Of a DNA stretch of 64,000 bases, positions 62,510-64,000 are shown piece by piece. Origin of the DNA: Gemmatimonadales bacterium. Lineage in GTDB: Bacteria > Gemmatimonadota > Gemmatimonadetes > Gemmatimonadales > GWC2-71-9. The translations under genes were made by a program, and so were the position numbers. Location of the stretch: contig JBFGJG010000008.1 of NCBI GenBank assembly GCA_041577295.1, forward strand, positions 32,001-96,000. The letters are read 5' to 3'. The notes below the pieces were generated by a model that was given only the letters and a program-made list of their open reading frames with translations, ran no database searches and was not told the DNA's origin. Positions within the stretch are counted from its first letter, which is position 1; each line of letters begins with the position of its first letter.

Positions 62510-63508
62510 TCACGGGAGCTTTCGCAAAATCGTGTGCCCCATGGTTACCTCCAGCACGAGCAGCGCGAGTCCAAAGGTGAGCGGGTAGTGAAATAGCTCA
62601 CCGTAGCGCGTGAAATGCTGCACCTCTATCTCGGTGGTCTCGAGCTTGTCGATTTCCTGATAGATGCGCTCGAGACTCTCGCGATCGGTCGCGCGAAAGT
62701 ACTCGCCATTCGTGAGCTGCGCCGTCTCTTTCAACGCGTCCTCATCGATTTCCACCCGCATCGGAACGTACCGTCTGCCTCCAAACGCATCTCGCACGGG
62801 AACGCGCGTCATTCCCCGGGTGCCAGCTCCGATGGCGTACACCTTGATCCCCACGGTCTGAGCCATCTGCGCCGCGGTGAGCGGATCGATCTCCCCACGG
62901 TTGTTCCGGCCGTCGGTAAGAAGGATGATTACGCGGGACTCAGCGTCGCTATTGGTCAGCCGCTTGACTGCCGTGGCGAGGCCCATGCCGATAGCCGTCC
63001 CGTCTTCGATCATTCCGACGGTCAACTCGTCCAAGAGGCTGGTCACCACCTGGTGGTCGAGCGTAAGCGGCGCCTGGGTGAACGCCTGCGCGGCAAAGAT
63101 GACCAGACCGATCCGGTCGTTCCGCCGGCCCTCGACAAACTGCGCGGCGACCTGTTTGGCTGCCTCCAGACGGTTGGGCTCGAGGTCCTCCGCCAGCATG
63201 GAGCTGGAAATGTCCATCGCCAGCACGATGTCGATGCCCTCGGTCACCACGTTCTCACCACTCACACCGGACTGAGGGCGAGCAAACGCCACGATCAAGG
63301 CCGTAAGGGCGATCATCCTAAGCGCAAACAGGATGTGCCGAAACCTGCCTGACCTCGTGATGTCGGACCGCTTCACGACCTCGACATGCGAGTACCTGAG
63401 GGCACCCGGCTTCTGGACTCGTTGCCGCGCCACGTACCAGTACACCAAAAGTGGGAGCGCTAAGAACAAGAGGAGGTAGTACGGATCCGCGAATCGGTAC
63501 AGCATCAT
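62510..63508 (-). CDS. batA: BatA VWA protein
   Basis: FARPQ, EGIDI, DISSSM, DGTAIGMGL, LLTDGRNN, YFRATD. Confidence 0.9.
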   Translation of the reverse strand: MMLYRFADPYYLLLFLALPLLVYWYVARQRVQKPGALRYSHVEVVKRSDITRSGRFRHILFALRMIALTALIVAFARPQSGVSGENVVTEGIDIVLAMDISSSMLAEDLEPNRLEAAKQVAAQFVEGRRNDRIGLVIFAAQAFTQAPLTLDHQVVTSLLDELTVGMIEDGTAIGMGLATAVKRLTNSDAESRVIILLTDGRNNRGEIDPLTAAQMAQTVGIKVYAIGAGTRGMTRVPVRDAFGGRRYVPMRVEIDEDALKETAQLTNGEYFRATDRESLERIYQEIDKLETTEIEVQHFTRYGELFHYPLTFGLALLVLEVTMGHTILRKLP

Positions 63509-64000
63509 GCCGCTACCTCGGCCGCTCGTACCGCTTCGACCTGTTTGGTCTCATCCACCAGCGCGCGCGCACGCGGTATCATGGCCGTCGATGCCGCAGT
63601 TTCCGGCTGGAACTTCGCGAACTTCACCAGATCGCAATCGCGCAGGAACCCGGCCAGCGCATCGCGTACGGTGGCCTTGATGTCGACGCATTCGACCGCT
63701 TCGATCACCTCGTGGGTTGCCATCTCAAGCGCATCGATCCCGTAGCGATCTTCGAGATAAGTCCGGATGATCTCGGATACGGCAATGTGGAACGCCTTGA
63801 CCTTGCCTCGCTCGATAATGCCAGAAGCAGCAAGCTGATCGAGCGCTTCATACGCCACCACGTGCGCAGGTCGCTGCCGTGCAGCCGGCACCGATTCCAA
63901 TGCCGGCGTGGCCCGTGCACGCCAGCGTCGGTACAGCCAGTACACCACACCAAGCGCGGCCAGGGACCCGAGAATCCACAGGGTGACGAGCAAGGGGCTC
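63505..64000 (-). CDS. Bat-operon membrane protein preceding batA (5' end outside the window)
   Basis: TM, then PAHVVAYEAL, SEIIRTYLEDRYGIDALEMATHE, DLVKFAK. Confidence 0.8.
   Translation of the reverse strand, partial: SPLLVTLWILGSLAALGVVYWLYRRWRARATPALESVPAARQRPAHVVAYEALDQLAASGIIERGKVKAFHIAVSEIIRTYLEDRYGIDALEMATHEVIEAVECVDIKATVRDALAGFLRDCDLVKFAKFQPETAASTAMIPRARALVDETKQVEAVRAAEVAA

Overview
GC-rich bacterial chromosomal window. The gene content (many Hanks kinase-TM-TPR/PD40 receptors, PadR-ADOP permease, amidohydrolases, Bat operon) suggests Gemmatimonadota; this is an inference. It carries about 42 genes: a divergent rho, rpsU, a cold-shock gene, seven Ser/Thr kinases, an NTPase-TPR-BTAD regulator, transporters, hydrolases and batA-E. 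I found no rRNA, tRNA, CRISPR-Cas, transposase or reverse transcriptase. The most unusual signals are non-coding: (1) an exactly 21-bp-phased array of 14 (AA)GCTT cores with unique spacers at 45410-45688, upstream of a three-kinase cluster; (2) two copies of a ~120-nt long-stem element with compensatory substitutions (30841-30968, 32172-32288); (3) a terminator inside the csp leader plus a terminator between csp and rpsU; (4) phased TTAC repeats beside the BTAD regulator; (5) 7/8-mer tandem tracts at gene junctions, often in inverted pairs. All family calls come from motif recognition by eye, not from database searches.
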